A stretch of DNA of 64,000 nucleotides from Octopus vulgaris (lineage: Eukaryota): the NCBI GenBank assembly GCA_951406725.2, contig OX597816.1, forward strand, positions 156,798,001 through 156,862,000. The letters are read 5' to 3'. The position numbers and the translations under genes were made by a program. The notes under the pieces were generated by a model. That model ran no database searches. It was not told where the DNA came from and was given only the letters and a program-made list of their open reading frames with translations. Numbering within the stretch: the stretch's first letter is position 1; every line of letters starts with the position of its first letter. Shown in pieces: positions 12,302 through 26,360 of this stretch.

Positions 12302-13234
12302 CACACCTACAGCAGGAGTTGGACTCAGTCTACAGATGGGCTGAGGATAATAATATGCAGTTTAATGCTGAAAATTTCCAGGCCCTGCGCTACCAGCATT
12401 CAACACTGAATATTAAACTTACAGGATACACCGGCCCACAGGGAATTTCAATCCCAGAGCCTAAGTCTGTGAGGGACCTGGGTATCGACATGAGTGATGA
12501 TACCTCTTTCCAAGTGCACATTACAAGGATGGCGACAAAGTGCAGACGACTGGCTGGATGGATCCTAAGAATATTCAGAACTAGAGATAAGGAAACCATG
12601 ATGGTCCTCTGGCGGACATTCGTCCTCAGCCGCCTGGATTACTGCTCACAACTATGGTCACCCACCAGTGTAAAATTAACAGCGGACCTTGAAGCAATCC
12701 AGAGAAGATTCACAAAGAAGATCATCTCTTTGCAACAGCTCAGCTACTGGGAAAGGTTGAAACAGCTAAGACTCTACTCCCTAGAGAGAAGACGGGAGAG
12801 GTATGCAGTAATATATGTCTGGAAGATCCTGGAAGAAATTGTGCCAAATTTTGGCATTGTAAGCTACACCAATGCTAGAACGGGACGACACTGCATAGTG
12901 CCAAATATCCCAGCAATGCCATCACGCTTCAGGACCAGCTTCTGCAACAGCCTGGGTTTCAAGGGCCCACAGCTTTTTAATATTCTCCCAAAGAGTCTGA
13001 GGAACTTGCACAAAGTAGATGTTGCAGTTTTTTAATCAAAGCTGGACATATTCCTGTCGAGAGTCCCAAATGAACCTACCTCACGGCAAGAGGTGCAAAT
13101 GAGAGTAGCTATGTCAAACTCCATCCTTCACCAAGTGCTACATATTAGAGGAGGTTCTTCGTAATAACAGTGTAGCATAAAACGGCGGTGCATCAGCATG
13201 GCCGCAGATCTAAGCTGAAACAATAAAAAAAAAA
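12298..13234 (+). mobile_element. CR1/L2-group LINE, 5'-truncated 3' portion (ORF 12319-13035 plus 3' UTR)
   Basis: WAEDNNMQFN, VRDLGI, SRLDYCSQLWSP and LYSLERRRERY are post-RT motifs; premature stop at 13035; A-rich tail. Confidence 0.9.
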
Positions 13235-13405
13235 TATTTATGTATGTATAACATTTTATGATTTTCAAGTGTTTTCACATCTAGTGTAAATTTGGGAGCC
13301 GTGCTCTGGGCGCTATGTCACAGCGTAGCGGTGAAGAGACAAAAAACATGCATCAATTACGATCAGTAACGTCTACAACATCATAAACTGCAAGCAGGGT
13401 ACAAA

Positions 13406-14100
13406 TTGTTGTCCTTAAATGCTCGCAGTTTATGCAACAAAATACATTTTTTCAACGCCTACGTCAGAAGTATTGACCCTGATTTCATCACTGTCACGGA
13501 AACATGGGCTCATTCCTTACTCTGTGATGGGGTTTTCAACATTACGGTGTACAACCTCTTCCGCAAGGACCGTATTAACCGCCGTGGAGGTGGTGTGATG
13601 GTCTACGTTCGTTCAAATTTTTCGGTAATTCCTTGTGCCGATTTGAACGAATCACAAGAAGAAGTTTTTTTCTGTGACGTACGTATGACCATGTCAACAC
13701 TCCTGCTTGGTGTTGTTTATCGTCCCCCAAATTACCATCAAGACACACAGCTTTGCGATATCCTCCGAGCTGCTACCAGGAAAACAGCCACTTATGTTTT
13801 TATTGCAGGCGATTTCAATCATCCTGAGATCAATTAGGAAACCTTCCATTGGCCACAGAGTGCAAACGATTTTGTTGAGCTTGTACTGGACTCAAACTGG
13901 TCACAAGTAGTCACCTCTCCAACAAGAGGCGACAACACCTTGGACCTGCTCTTCACCACAACTCCTGAAGCGGTTATCAATTGCACTACGGAGGAACCTC
14001 TAGGTGACTGATCATGCTATGATCATCGCCAATCTGGCTCTTGCGGGCAACAACAAAAACCGGAACCATCTCCAATCTGCTTCCTTCGATTGAAAGAGAG
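13406..14100 (+). pseudogene. APE-type endonuclease domain of LINE ORF2, disrupted
   Basis: LNARSL, VTETW, RKDR..RRGGGV, VYRPP, AGDFN, then after a stop PTRGDNTLDLLFT; stop at 13835 and a lesion near the SDH motif. Confidence 0.88.
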
Positions 14101-14168
14101 CAGATTGGAACCTGTACCACACTGAACTACAGCACCCAAACTGGCATGAATTCTACAACTCTGGAGAT

Positions 14169-16172
14169 GTGAATACTATACTCCAGAGTATCCTGGACTC
14201 AATATGGGCAGCATGTGCAGCATCAGTGCCACGTAAACAGAAAAAGAAGAACCGCCCCAAAAGGGCAATTTGGGAAACTTCAGCGGTCCGACTTGCCAGG
14301 AAGGAACGTCGGACTGCTGAACGGGAATACAAGTTGCATAAATCAGACACCAACAGGAAGAAGCGGAATAAATCTTCCAACCATCTCAAGCAAGTGACAA
14401 AAAAAGCAGTGCTTGAATTTGAACAGTGCATAGCAGCCAATCCTGACAGCAAGGTTTTCTGGAAATATGTGCATTCGAAGCAGAGACCTCACTCTCCAGT
14501 GGGCCCTCTTCGCAACCCTCACAAAAACCAGATCACTGACGACCCCAAGAAATGCGCAGAACTCATTGCCGAGTGCTATGCAAACATATTCACTGTTGAA
14601 AGTCAAAATGTACCATCTTCACCATCTCTAACAGCAAATTCCATAACATCTATGGAATTTACACCTGCAATGCTGCGACGTCACCTTCAAAATAAGCGCA
14701 ACTATGCCTCCCCTGGTCTCGATGGAGTTACATACCTGCTTCTCAAACGTGGCAGGTACTTCCTTTTACACCAGCTTTCTATTTTCTTCCAGTACTGTCT
14801 CAACAATGGTGCTACTCCGGAGCAGTGGAAAACTGCCAGTGTCATTCCTCTGTTCAAAAAGGGCGACCGCTCATCACCTGTCAACTATCGCCCAGTCAGT
14901 CTCACTAGCTGTATTGCAAAACTGATGGAATCGTGTGTCAGAGAAACACTCTGGAACTTCTGGAGCTCTCACAGTCTCATCCGACCCTCACAATATGGAT
15001 TTGTCCCTAACTCCAGCTGCAGTGGTCAGCTTGTCGAGTTCCTTGAGGACATTACTCAGATCACTGACAGTGGCTCATGGGTGGATGTTGTCTACCTTGA
15101 CTTTGCTAAGGCTTTCAACTCTGTGCCACACAAAAGGCTTATGGTGAAACTCTCTGCAATGGGTGTGAGGGATGACCTTTTTAACTGGTTGAAATCCTTC
15201 ATTCTCAGCCGAAAGGAGGTAGTCACAGTTCTAGGACAGCATTCTACACCATATGAGATGTCATCGGGTGTACCACAGGGATCTGTCCTTGGTCCCCTCT
15301 TGTTTGTGGCATACATTAATGACATAGATGCCAATTTAAAGAATGCCACAGTATTGAAATATGCAGACGACATCAAGCTGTACCTTGAAATCAAGAGGAC
15401 AGATCCTGATGTCTACAACTCTTTCCTGCAATCAGATCTAGACACAATGCAGCAATGGATCACAGACTGGCAACTGAAACTGGCTGTGGACAAGTGTACC
15501 AGAATGCATTTTGGGAGAAAAAACCCTGCGTCCACATACTCCCTCCACAACGCTGATAACAAGAAATCCTCTTGCGAGCGTGACCTAGGCATCACTGTCA
15601 GCAGTGATTTGCGTTGGACAAAGCATATCTCTAAAATTGCCAAGAAGGCCGAGGGTGTCCTGGCATCACTCAGCAAGACTTTTGTTAGCCGCTCTCCAGC
15701 CATCTATTTAAAACTGTATACAGCTATGGTACGACCACACTTGGAATTCGCATCATCAGTTTGGAACCCCTATCTTGCTCAGAACATTGACCTCCTGGAA
15801 TCTGTCCAGAGACGTGCAACCAAACGCATACCCTCCATCAGACACCTACCATATTCTGAGCGCCTTGTTTCCCTGGGCATGGATTCACTGAAGCTCCGGC
15901 GTCTGGCGACGGACTTGGTAAACACCCACAAAGTTATCAACCACCTCACCAACAACAACACTGAACACCTTTTTGATCTCCATGTGTCTAACACACGTGG
16001 ACATGCCTACAAAGTCAGAAAACAACACAGCTCCCATGACTTTCGGAAACATTTTTTCACGCTCAGAGTTGCTGAAGCATGGAATAAACTGCCTGCGTCA
16101 GTTGTTGACTGCCATGACACTGCATCCTTTAAGGCCCTCATGCTTTCCGAAATCCGCCGAAACTACACCTGA
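14169..16172 (+). CDS. LINE reverse transcriptase (CR1 group), open portion of a disrupted ORF2
   Basis: SPGLDGV, NYRPVSLTS, QYGF, YLDFAKAFNSVPH, SGVPQGSVLGPLLF, YADD, ERDLGI, VRPHLEF. Confidence 0.92.
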   Translation: MNTILQSILDSIWAACAASVPRKQKKKNRPKRAIWETSAVRLARKERRTAEREYKLHKSDTNRKKRNKSSNHLKQVTKKAVLEFEQCIAANPDSKVFWKYVHSKQRPHSPVGPLRNPHKNQITDDPKKCAELIAECYANIFTVESQNVPSSPSLTANSITSMEFTPAMLRRHLQNKRNYASPGLDGVTYLLLKRGRYFLLHQLSIFFQYCLNNGATPEQWKTASVIPLFKKGDRSSPVNYRPVSLTSCIAKLMESCVRETLWNFWSSHSLIRPSQYGFVPNSSCSGQLVEFLEDITQITDSGSWVDVVYLDFAKAFNSVPHKRLMVKLSAMGVRDDLFNWLKSFILSRKEVVTVLGQHSTPYEMSSGVPQGSVLGPLLFVAYINDIDANLKNATVLKYADDIKLYLEIKRTDPDVYNSFLQSDLDTMQQWITDWQLKLAVDKCTRMHFGRKNPASTYSLHNADNKKSSCERDLGITVSSDLRWTKHISKIAKKAEGVLASLSKTFVSRSPAIYLKLYTAMVRPHLEFASSVWNPYLAQNIDLLESVQRRATKRIPSIRHLPYSERLVSLGMDSLKLRRLATDLVNTHKVINHLTNNNTEHLFDLHVSNTRGHAYKVRKQHSSHDFRKHFFTLRVAEAWNKLPASVVDCHDTASFKALMLSEIRRNYT

Positions 16173-16221
16173 TTATATTTACACTTTAGATGAGTTGTAG
16201 TGCACCTGAGCACTGTACACA

Positions 16222-16317
<96 letters not shown>

Positions 16318-16342
16318 ACTAGCGCAGGTATTAATTCATTAA

Positions 16343-16394
<52 letters not shown>

Positions 16395-16538
16395 GGAGTA
16401 AATGTGCTACGCAGTGTTTGCGCAATCGCAATTTAGGTTCGTTGAAATATGTTTGTCAAATATTGCAACTGCATATTAACCTTTAGCAATTGAGATATGT
16501 GACAAACATTGTTCAACTAACCTAAATTACATAAATAG

Positions 16539-16569
<31 letters not shown>

Positions 16570-16570
16570 C

Positions 16571-16624
<54 letters not shown>

Positions 16625-16732
16625 ATCAAGTGACCGACCAGGCTATCAGATGTTGCTACACATCGCTGGTCACAATGCGCTTTGCATTGTTTTAGTCATC
16701 AAGTGACGCCACCCCGCTGGCTAAGCGAACAG

Positions 16733-16800
<68 letters not shown>

Positions 16801-17544
16801 TGTGTGTGTGTGTGTGTATGAGTATAAGGAGAAGGAAGTTAGGCAAGTCGATATATAAAATATATTAAATACATTTAATACAATAAATATACATGTGTAT
16901 ACATATAAAAGAAGTCCAACTTACACGGAATAGAAATGTTATCAGGAATTAAGGGGTTGGGTAAGTGTTTTACGAGTCAAACAACTGTTTCTGAGGGATT
17001 GGTAATCGAAAATATCGATTCCATCACCGCATAACACCAGCCTCCGTCTTCAGAGAATAATTTTACATTTGTGTTGTTGACAGAATTAAAACTCCGTTCT
17101 GTCATCACTCAAGGTCATCAGCGTCACTAGGGTTCGTCACTGATTTCACATAAGACACAGGCCCGCTCGAAGAAGTTCACGTCTTTCCGCTTTATTTCAA
17201 GCCCCAAATGGCTTTTTTTTTAATCTCGCACTATACCATTCTCCATTTCTAAGTTACGGGTGAAAATTAAGCAGTCCCGCAAAACACAACTTATCTTTAC
17301 ACAAAGTGGCACCGAATAAAAGCAATCTAATAACGGCAGTGGAGTGCACAGCAAACATCAGCGATCTGACTATTGCCTATACTGTTGACAAGAGGTACCA
17401 GTTAGTCTTTTACACTTACCAGCCTGGTTAATATTAGCCCGAGTTCCTGGTTAAATTTTCGTTCTTTTTGTAGAACGGAAGTTTTTCATAGATTGGAATT
17501 TAAACCCTAATCTCAATAGAAATTTATTGTTTTAAGAAAATATT

Positions 17545-18690
17545 GAATAGAACACAACATGTTGTCTGGTGAATAGAACACAACATGTTGTAGTCGATGG
17601 AGTTCACTCGAGCCCAGCAAAAGTCACCAGCGGTGTCTCTCAGGGGACTGTCTTGGGCCCGATCCTCTTTATAATTTACATAAACGACCTTTCCAGTGTC
17701 GTACATCACTGCAAAGTGAAAATATTTGCTGATGACACTAAGCTCCAGCAAATCATCAATGAAGAAGCAGACCGAACTCAACTCCAGTCTGATCTATATG
17801 CTGAGAGTCAATAGGCAGACAAAAACAAAATGCAACTGAACGAGGGAAAATTTGAGCTGATGCATTTTGGAAAGAAATCCACACTAAAACAGCCATACTG
17901 TCTTCCTTCAGAAGAACCGCTCACGGCCTCTAACAACGTCCTAGACCTGGGCGTAATTGTTCATGACAATCTCAGTTGGAGTGCACACATCAACAATAAG
18001 GTCGATATAGCTCGTAGAATGAGTTCCTGGATCTTAAGAACCTTCTGGTCCAGAGAACAAGGTGCCATCATACCACTTTTCTCCTCCTTTGTACGGCCAC
18101 ACCTCGAATACTGCTGCCCACTGTGGTCTCCCCATACAAGACAAAACATCTCGAGGATTGAATCACGAATTGAAGGCATGACTGCTCTCGATTATTGGAA
18201 CCGCCTTAAAGCCTTGAAATTCTATTCTCTCCAGCGCCGCCGCGAGCGGTACATCATTTGAACGATGTGGAGAATATACCGCCAACTTTGCCCAAACGAC
18301 CTGAACATTAGTTTTATGGTTCATCCAAGGCTGGAACCACGGGTCATACGTCCCTTGCCCAATTCAGGGTCACAGCATATAAGTACAATGCAACATAATT
18401 TCTTTTCCTCAACAAGCCCTGCCCTATTTAACATTGTCCCGAAAGAGATCAAAGAGGAAAAGGATCCCATCAACTTTAAACGGAGTCTGGATAGATTCCT
18501 TCAAGGAATACCAGATAAGCCACCCATAATTGGATACAACTCACCCTACAAGAACTCACTACTTGAATGGACCATAAACAAAACTTGAGTTAAACAGGAT
18601 TTAGATAATCCTATCAGGTGGTGCTATTAAGTTAGACATGGCCTGGACCAATCTTTGGTTGAAATATATCTAAATTTATCTAAGTTTATG
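17545..18690 (+). mobile_element. CR1/L2-group LINE, decayed 3' half
   Basis: SGVSQGTVLGPILF, FADD, VRPHLEYCCPLWSP, YSLQRRRERY and FKRSLDRFL across ORFs 17569, 17830 and 18265, separated by stops. Confidence 0.9.
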
Positions 18691-19129
18691 TAATACTTAT
18701 AATTTTTACGATTTTAAATAACAACTCGGGCTGTAATTTCTGAGCCCGAGTTAGGCGCGTATGGATGATGCCGGGAGAACGTCTGCTACAAATGATATTT
18801 TTTTTGATACAGGACAACTCTAAGATGAACGGCAGACGCTGAAAAAATTAAATGGACTTCGACCAGGCCCAATCAGAGGATCTCGAGTTATTAACCTCAA
18901 TTACATACTTGAAGTCAGTCTTTGCATAAATTAAATCAGCTTTCAAAGACAGTTTCACTTAACTAAATTTATACTCGGGCTAAGCCCAAACAGCCCGAAT
19001 ACCGGAGTCGCCACTGATATATATATAAACAATGAGGCGTATAGAACCGTTTCTCAAAATTCTCACTAGGAACCATGGGATGAATCACATCTACAAACAC
19101 AAATTTACCAAAAGTAAATAACGTAAATA

Positions 19130-19590
19130 ATTAAAATAAATACTGACAAATGAGAAATTATACCCAACAACAACTGAACCAACAGTTAAAAGATGTGATC
19201 ACCCAAATTGTGAAACATGTCCCACCCTAGTGGAAGGTTCAGAGTTCCACTTCAAACAAGGACAGAGATTCACAAATAAGGCTGATTTAGTTTGTGCATT
19301 CGAAAATATAACACATGTGATAATTTGTTCAGGGTGTGGACACAACTCTATAGGGCAAACAGGGATCTCCCTTAGACGGAGAACAGCTCATGAGAAAGAA
19401 AAGTTACGTTTCTCAAGGTTTAGACATATACTATTCAGCGAACACATTTCAAGATGTTTAGGGAATCCCCAACTAAACTTCAATATTTCTCTCATTAACT
19501 AGCGCAAGGAAACTTTCAGTACAACAACAATTAAATAAAGAATATATATTTCTTGAAAAATACAATCCCCGCCCGAATGTGAACACATGA
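19130..19590 (+). pseudogene. Penelope-like element relic: Cys-rich linker plus GIY-YIG endonuclease
   Basis: KRCDHPNCETC linker, then NITHVIICSGCGHNSIGQTGISLRRRTAH...FSEH, a degenerate N-x-x-Y-x-I-x-C-x-x-C...YIGQT...L-x-x-R GIY-YIG pattern. Confidence 0.75.
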
Positions 19591-19860
19591 ACAGTTTAGG
19601 ATTTTTGAAATATTTCAATTCATGAACGCATTCGTACATACTTTAATTCATAAATTTGTAACTTCGTAATATAAAAACTATCAATTCTTCTCTCAAGAAT
19701 AGAGAAATTCCACATAGTGTTTCCCTCTCATATTTATGTATAAAATAATATTTACTGAATCTCAGTTTTTATGCGCTAAATTGATGTTATTAAATTAATA
19801 TCCAATGGTGTTAAATTGATGTTATTAAATTAATATCCAATTTTTCACCCTCATTTTGAC

Positions 19861-19956
<96 letters not shown>

Positions 19957-22160
19957 TATATGTATGTGTGTGTGTGTGTGTTATATATGTAGATGCATGT
20001 ATATATGTATGTATAAGCAAACGGCATACGATGCTTATAGTTGAATATTTTTCATTAATGCCTTAATGTTTATGGTGAGATAAATATTCTAGTAATCCTT
20101 CAATACAATTATTTTGAAATAACGCAATGCAACATGTAGGCATTGAGTGATGTATACGTTTTTAATTCAACAAAATCTTCCATGTTGACACCAGATATAT
20201 ATTCAGATATAAATATATACAATGATTATAATGATTTAATAGTCAGAAAATTCCTGAGAGCAAATAATGACCTCACATATTTAACTCGCAGCAGAAAGCA
20301 AGGCATCTCCTTACACAAACGTTTTGAACGTTAACTGACACTAACATTAAGTTAACAACCCAGTAACTCCATAATTGCATCAGGACAGGATAATAAAGGA
20401 TACGCACTCGATAATGAAGTGTAAGTCGTAAGCATGAATAGGTGTTTAAAACTTCTTTAGTGTGCCAAATTTGATATGAAAATACTTATCTTTTCTTATC
20501 TCTCGTACGTTCAGCATTGTCATGCATGTACAGTAAAGAATCGTATAAATACAAGGGATGAATGATAATGTGGTGATATTCTTCAATGGGATACAATATG
20601 GTTTATTTGAAATTCATAAATATGTCTACAGAACGGGCGACAATTTTTGTATGCTTTACGATTCAGTGACATAAATTATATTGACTTTCATACTTTCATT
20701 GACTCTCATCTCGATAAGAAAAAATCACATTAAATATAAGGAATAAAACAACAGAAATGAAATATATATTTGCCGAAGGTAAAAGATCTGAATAACAATT
20801 GTTTTAATTTCAATTCTAGATTATTTTGGAAGCAAACTAATGGTTTTCGTCATAAACATGCAATATGCGAACAAACTACTGATTAACCAAAGTGATTTCA
20901 TTTCTTCTTGATATGTTAATTTCCGCAACTAAATGATTCTACTAAATAATTCAACTCAGTTATTTATTTATCACCACTTCAGAGGTTTCAATGGCGAGTT
21001 TGCTTCCCTAAAGAGTTTTGTTATCATCGAAACATGATAAAATTTGTCTCTTTTATTTGTTATAATGTTTAAAATAGTAAATACATTGTGCTAAAAATTT
21101 AGTTTCTTCATGGAATTGTATTTCTTAGTAGATATTTGATAACAAATGAAATAGCCTTCACCGACGTGGCTGTTCGTTTCCTTGTAAATAACGTCTCTGA
21201 GTAAATAATGGTCCTGCTGTAGTTTATCTTCTTTATCTGCTTCTTTTTAGATAAAGTAATCAGTGTTTAAAGATTCATCAATCAACAACACGCAAACGTA
21301 TTTATAAATTAATTTACTATGTCTATACAGCAGATTTTGTAATATAATCCAAGCAATTAAAAATGTAATAATTTTTTCAATATTTTTTGAAATATTTTAT
21401 TTAGTTGCCATAGTGTCGAGAAATGGCTTTTCTTCAGTAAGTCTTGAGTTGTAATTTGCGGAACTAAAGACAGACTTTGAGAGAATTTTCAAGCTGTTTT
21501 CTTCTCTCTTGACAGGACATTCATAATGTACTAATGATCACCCTTGCAATGTTGACGATGACGACAATGAGAATGAAAATTATGTAGAAAATTATGATTA
21601 TGATGAAATTATGAGTATGGAGACAATGCAGTTGACAATGATGATAATGAAGAATGATGATAATATATTCCTTAAACGTCTAGATATTTATAAAAATTGA
21701 ATAATACGATTTTCATTGTTGCCAAAAGAGCACTAAATAAGGTTATTATCAGGAAAATACAATATGATATTACTGTGAAAAATGATACGACTAAATGTTT
21801 CAAAAAATGATGAAATAAAAAGGTTAAACACATACACATGCACACACGCACATAGATGCACATTTGGGAAGCTGTCAAAGAACCACATTCACAAAAGCAT
21901 ACAGACACTCGTATACACTCATATAGCTTGTGTCTTGAAATAAGTACTGCCCTTTAGGGACGATAAGTAGAACACTATGCACATGACGGTTAATCAGATG
22001 AAGGTCCCTCGAAAATTATAACCATGTGATACTGGCAGAAGAATTTAAAGGCTGGTTATAGTCCAGTGTGATGATAGTGAATTGGATAATATATGTAACT
22101 TTCTGCATTATATACATACATACGTACATACATACACACACATATATATATATACATATA

Positions 22161-22331
22161 GGCGCAGGAGTGGCTGTGTGGTAAGTAGCTTGCTAACCAA
22201 CCACATGGTTCCGGGTTCAGTCCTACTGCGTGGCAACTTGGGCAAGTGTCTTCTGCTATAGCCTCGGGCCGACCAATGCCTTGTGAGTGGATTTGGTAGA
22301 CGGAAACTGAAAGAAGCCTGTCGTATTTATG

Positions 22332-22362
<31 letters not shown>

Positions 22363-22585
22363 TTGTGTGTCTGTGTTTGTCCCCCTAGCATTGCTTGACA
22401 ACCGATGCTGGTGTGTTTACATCCCCGTCACATAGCGGTTCGGCAAAAGAGACCGATAGAATAAGTACTGGGCTTACAAAGAATAAGTCCCGATGTCGAT
22501 TTGCTTGACTAAAGGCGGTGCTCCAGCATGGCCGCACTCAAATTAGTGAAACAAGTGAAAGAGTAAAAGAGTAAAGAGTAAAAGA

Positions 22586-22586
<1 letters not shown>
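22161..22586 (+). mobile_element. SINE family A
   Basis: Near-identical to 9951-10388. Confidence 0.9.
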
Positions 22587-22628
<42 letters not shown>

Positions 22629-22639
22629 TATACATTCAT

Positions 22640-22762
22640 GCATACATACATACATACATACATACATACATACATACATACATACATACATACGTACGTA
22701 CGTACATACATACATACATACATACATACATACATACATACATACATACATACATACATACA

Positions 22763-22792
<30 letters not shown>
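22640..22792. repeat. (ACAT)n microsatellite
   Basis: Seen directly. Confidence 0.95.
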
Positions 22793-22794
<2 letters not shown>

Positions 22795-23649
22795 GGCATG
22801 CATTTATAGTAATATTGTAAATTACATTTTTTCCAATAATCGAAATAATTATTGTTTCCAATAATAGAGCTGTAAAAATATTTCTTGTTCGATTATTGGA
22901 AATACATTTCATTGGTGTTATGATCTTCATCATATAACTTATGTTGACAAGTGCTTTATTGTAAAATAGAAAAACCTATAAAAACTGATTCTGATATAGA
23001 CGACGTATAGGTATTGGAGCATAGAAGAAACACAAATTCATTTTAAATATTTCAATAATCCTGAAATCTTATATCCATATAGTAAACTCATAACATGGTA
23101 TCGTTTTTCATCATATCTTTTTCAGGTATTATAAAAGAGATCCTATAATCATTCTTCGCAATAATATTATTACCGACAACATATATATTACATTTAGCTT
23201 ACATTTTTCATGTATCTTGCGTGAATATATTGAATGGCTTTGTGTAGACTATAGTGTACAGATAATGTTTTCACTTGTTGAATTTAGAGGAAAGAGCTTT
23301 ACATTGAACTTACAGGTTCTGCGAGACTTGTGAGATTTATGATGAAAATATTCCAATTACAATTAAGCAAATGGAGCACTACAAGAGATATATAAGTGGA
23401 GAAGAAATACCGGAAGGCCTGTGTCTAGAGTAAGGAGATTTAGAAACAATGGTAATGTGGGAAAATTGAGTTTGGATGCAACAAGGACGAGTGTGTCAGT
23501 GATACCTATGTAGTCATGGAACGACACCAAGAAAACACAGGAGCAAAAGCTATTATTGTAGAGATATAAAAACCAGAAAGAGGAAACAGTATGCCGGTAT
23601 ATTAGAGTTTAGAGTGAGTCCACTGGTGATAGAATGCTAATCACTTGAG

Positions 23650-23870
23650 TGAGGCTCTTCTGGATGCATCCAGATTGTCAGTGTGTGTTGCAGCACCACT
23701 GTTCTAGGTGTCGAGGTGTAATCTATTATTGGTCTCAGTTTTGACTTGTAGAGTATCGGCAGCTGGTGGAGTCTGAAGTATCGTCTACTTTTACCTCAAC
23801 TTATTAGTTTTGGGATATTGTCCTAGCTATGTAAAAGATGTGTTTTCTTCAGGAAAGAGTTATAGTCGTA
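23650..23870 (-). mobile_element. Highly decayed LINE C-terminal fragment
   Basis: Minus-strand translation ILYKSKLRPIIDY resembles the LYKxxxRPxLEY motif. Confidence 0.35.
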
Positions 23871-24235
23871 GTACATGATATTACTCAGGGAAAACAAAAC
23901 TTAGTACTCAGGGAACTTAGTAGTCAGGGAAAACTAAACTTAGTTTGATGTATCGAATTAACGATACACAATTCAATGAATAATATTAATTAATCCATCG
24001 AATTCGAAAAAATATTCCTGCAATGTTTTTGTCTTATCAACCCAACCAACTGAAAGATGACTTTAATGTTCTTCCCGAATTCACGTGCACTATTCCACAT
24101 GTGTTGATCTAGACAGCTTATTTTAGACAATTAAATAAGTAGAGAAGTACTTATTTCAAATTCATTTTAAATTTTCTACGCTTTGGCTCTGAAAGCCCGA
24201 TGACATTAGAGCTGTTCCCATCAGCGAAACCATGA

Positions 24236-24289
<54 letters not shown>

Positions 24290-24342
24290 GCGGGTAAGTA
24301 TGTGTGTGTGCTTCTGTGTGTCTGTATGCGTAAACAAACAAA

Positions 24343-25012
24343 TCTATTATAATTAATGTGAAAGCAAATGTCCGTGTATCCCTCTTTTTCAACTTTACTC
24401 CTGCAATCCCTCTCTCACTATTCAATGACACTTCTACTACTATTCCTCATTCTTGTTCGAACCCGCGATCTCACTATTCAATGACACATATACTGTCCCT
24501 CATGACTTACCTGTCTCTCACTATATAATGAATGCGAATGTCAGTGTGCCACACTTTTTCAACTTTATTCCTAGAGGCCATAGCCCAACATATCACACCA
24601 TCTGGGAATCAGGCCGACACTGTGAGTAAGTTAAAAGCATTTCGGGTCGAATCTTGACCCGCAATCCTGGAAAATTTGATTCCTAAGTTTTCATTCCTAC
24701 AAATGTTTTCGGCAATTTTTACATGATTTTTGCGACGAATTGTTTTGTACGATAACAATTTGTATAACTTGGAAATAAATTTTGGGAGTAATCGAAATTG
24801 ATTGCGAAATCCAACGATTTCGGTGATTTTGTTTTACGCGAATTTTTGCGAGGCATATGATCACCAATGAGATGTGACTCTGGGGAAAGCAATTGTAACA
24901 AATTCTCTAAAAGAAATCAGAGATCTGTTTTCAGATCTTCCCATTTGGGGTCAGTAACTTAAAAGCTATATACTAGCTTAAAAGACGCCCTATCGAGCGG
25001 ATTTTATGCTAG
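24343..25012 (+). mobile_element. Non-autonomous Helitron-like element
   Basis: A|TC start, CTAG|T end, subterminal imperfect hairpin cgccctatcgagcg; internal ctcactattcaatgacac repeats. Confidence 0.55.
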
Positions 25013-25676
25013 TGAGTATATATATATGGAAAACTGTCTATAAAAATTCCTCATAAATAAAAAAAATATATTAGAAAAGTGAGAACAGGAATTTCAGAAG
25101 AATAAAGTTAGAAAGTAATGTAATATTTCATTATTTCAAATTCTTTTACATTTGTTCATTTACTCAAGGTGTTAATTAATTTTACAATTTATATATTAGC
25201 TATTAATTCACATAATGACTGAATATATTTTCAATTTTGCAAACATTATGAGTCAGACTTGTGGAATCAATTCCCTCTAAACCGATTCAGCCTCTTTCAT
25301 CTTCCCTAAGTGCACCTCTTCTAATTTACTAAAGGCACTCTAAGGCTTTTGCAATACTGTAGTATTACGATAGCATAGGCTTATGTATAATTCTCATACT
25401 GACATGCCTGGATATATCTTCAATTTTATAAACATTAGCAGTCAGATTTGTTGAGCATACTACCTGAATAATTTACAAAAACTAACTGAAACACAAAACG
25501 TTGAAATTAATTTGTAAGACCAAATATTTTCTATCATTGTTGTTTGCATACAAATTGGAAAAAGAACATATCTCTCAAGAGAGTAGCAAACTGCAGGACA
25601 AGTAATGTTCCCTACCCAAGATAGTTTTGCTGAATAAAACACATTTATGTTAGAATTACTGCTGTTTACGTGTTTC

Positions 25677-26360
<684 letters not shown>

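Larger units (their letters stand above)
13270..16317 (+). mobile_element. CR1-group LINE with near-complete ORF2 (APE plus RT), short 3' UTR and (ATT)n tail
   Basis: APE motifs followed by a 667-aa RT ORF; tail 16222-16316; no ORF1 seen; 5' boundary approximate. Confidence 0.92.

Noticed and set aside
14153-15994. Antisense and alternative-frame ORFs within the LINE RT genes (also at 51-52 kb and 63 kb)
   Set aside because: They are shadows of the real ORF2 frames.
16975-17060. Minus-strand CTGAAGA...GAAACAGTTGTT hammerhead-like motif
   Set aside because: Stem I does not pair and the base of stem II is poor. It may be a decayed Penelope terminus but is not callable.
24410-24535. Three spaced ~20-bp direct repeats, superficially CRISPR-like
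   Set aside because: Degenerate repeats, irregular spacers, eukaryotic context and no cas genes; they are internal repeats of a Helitron-like element.
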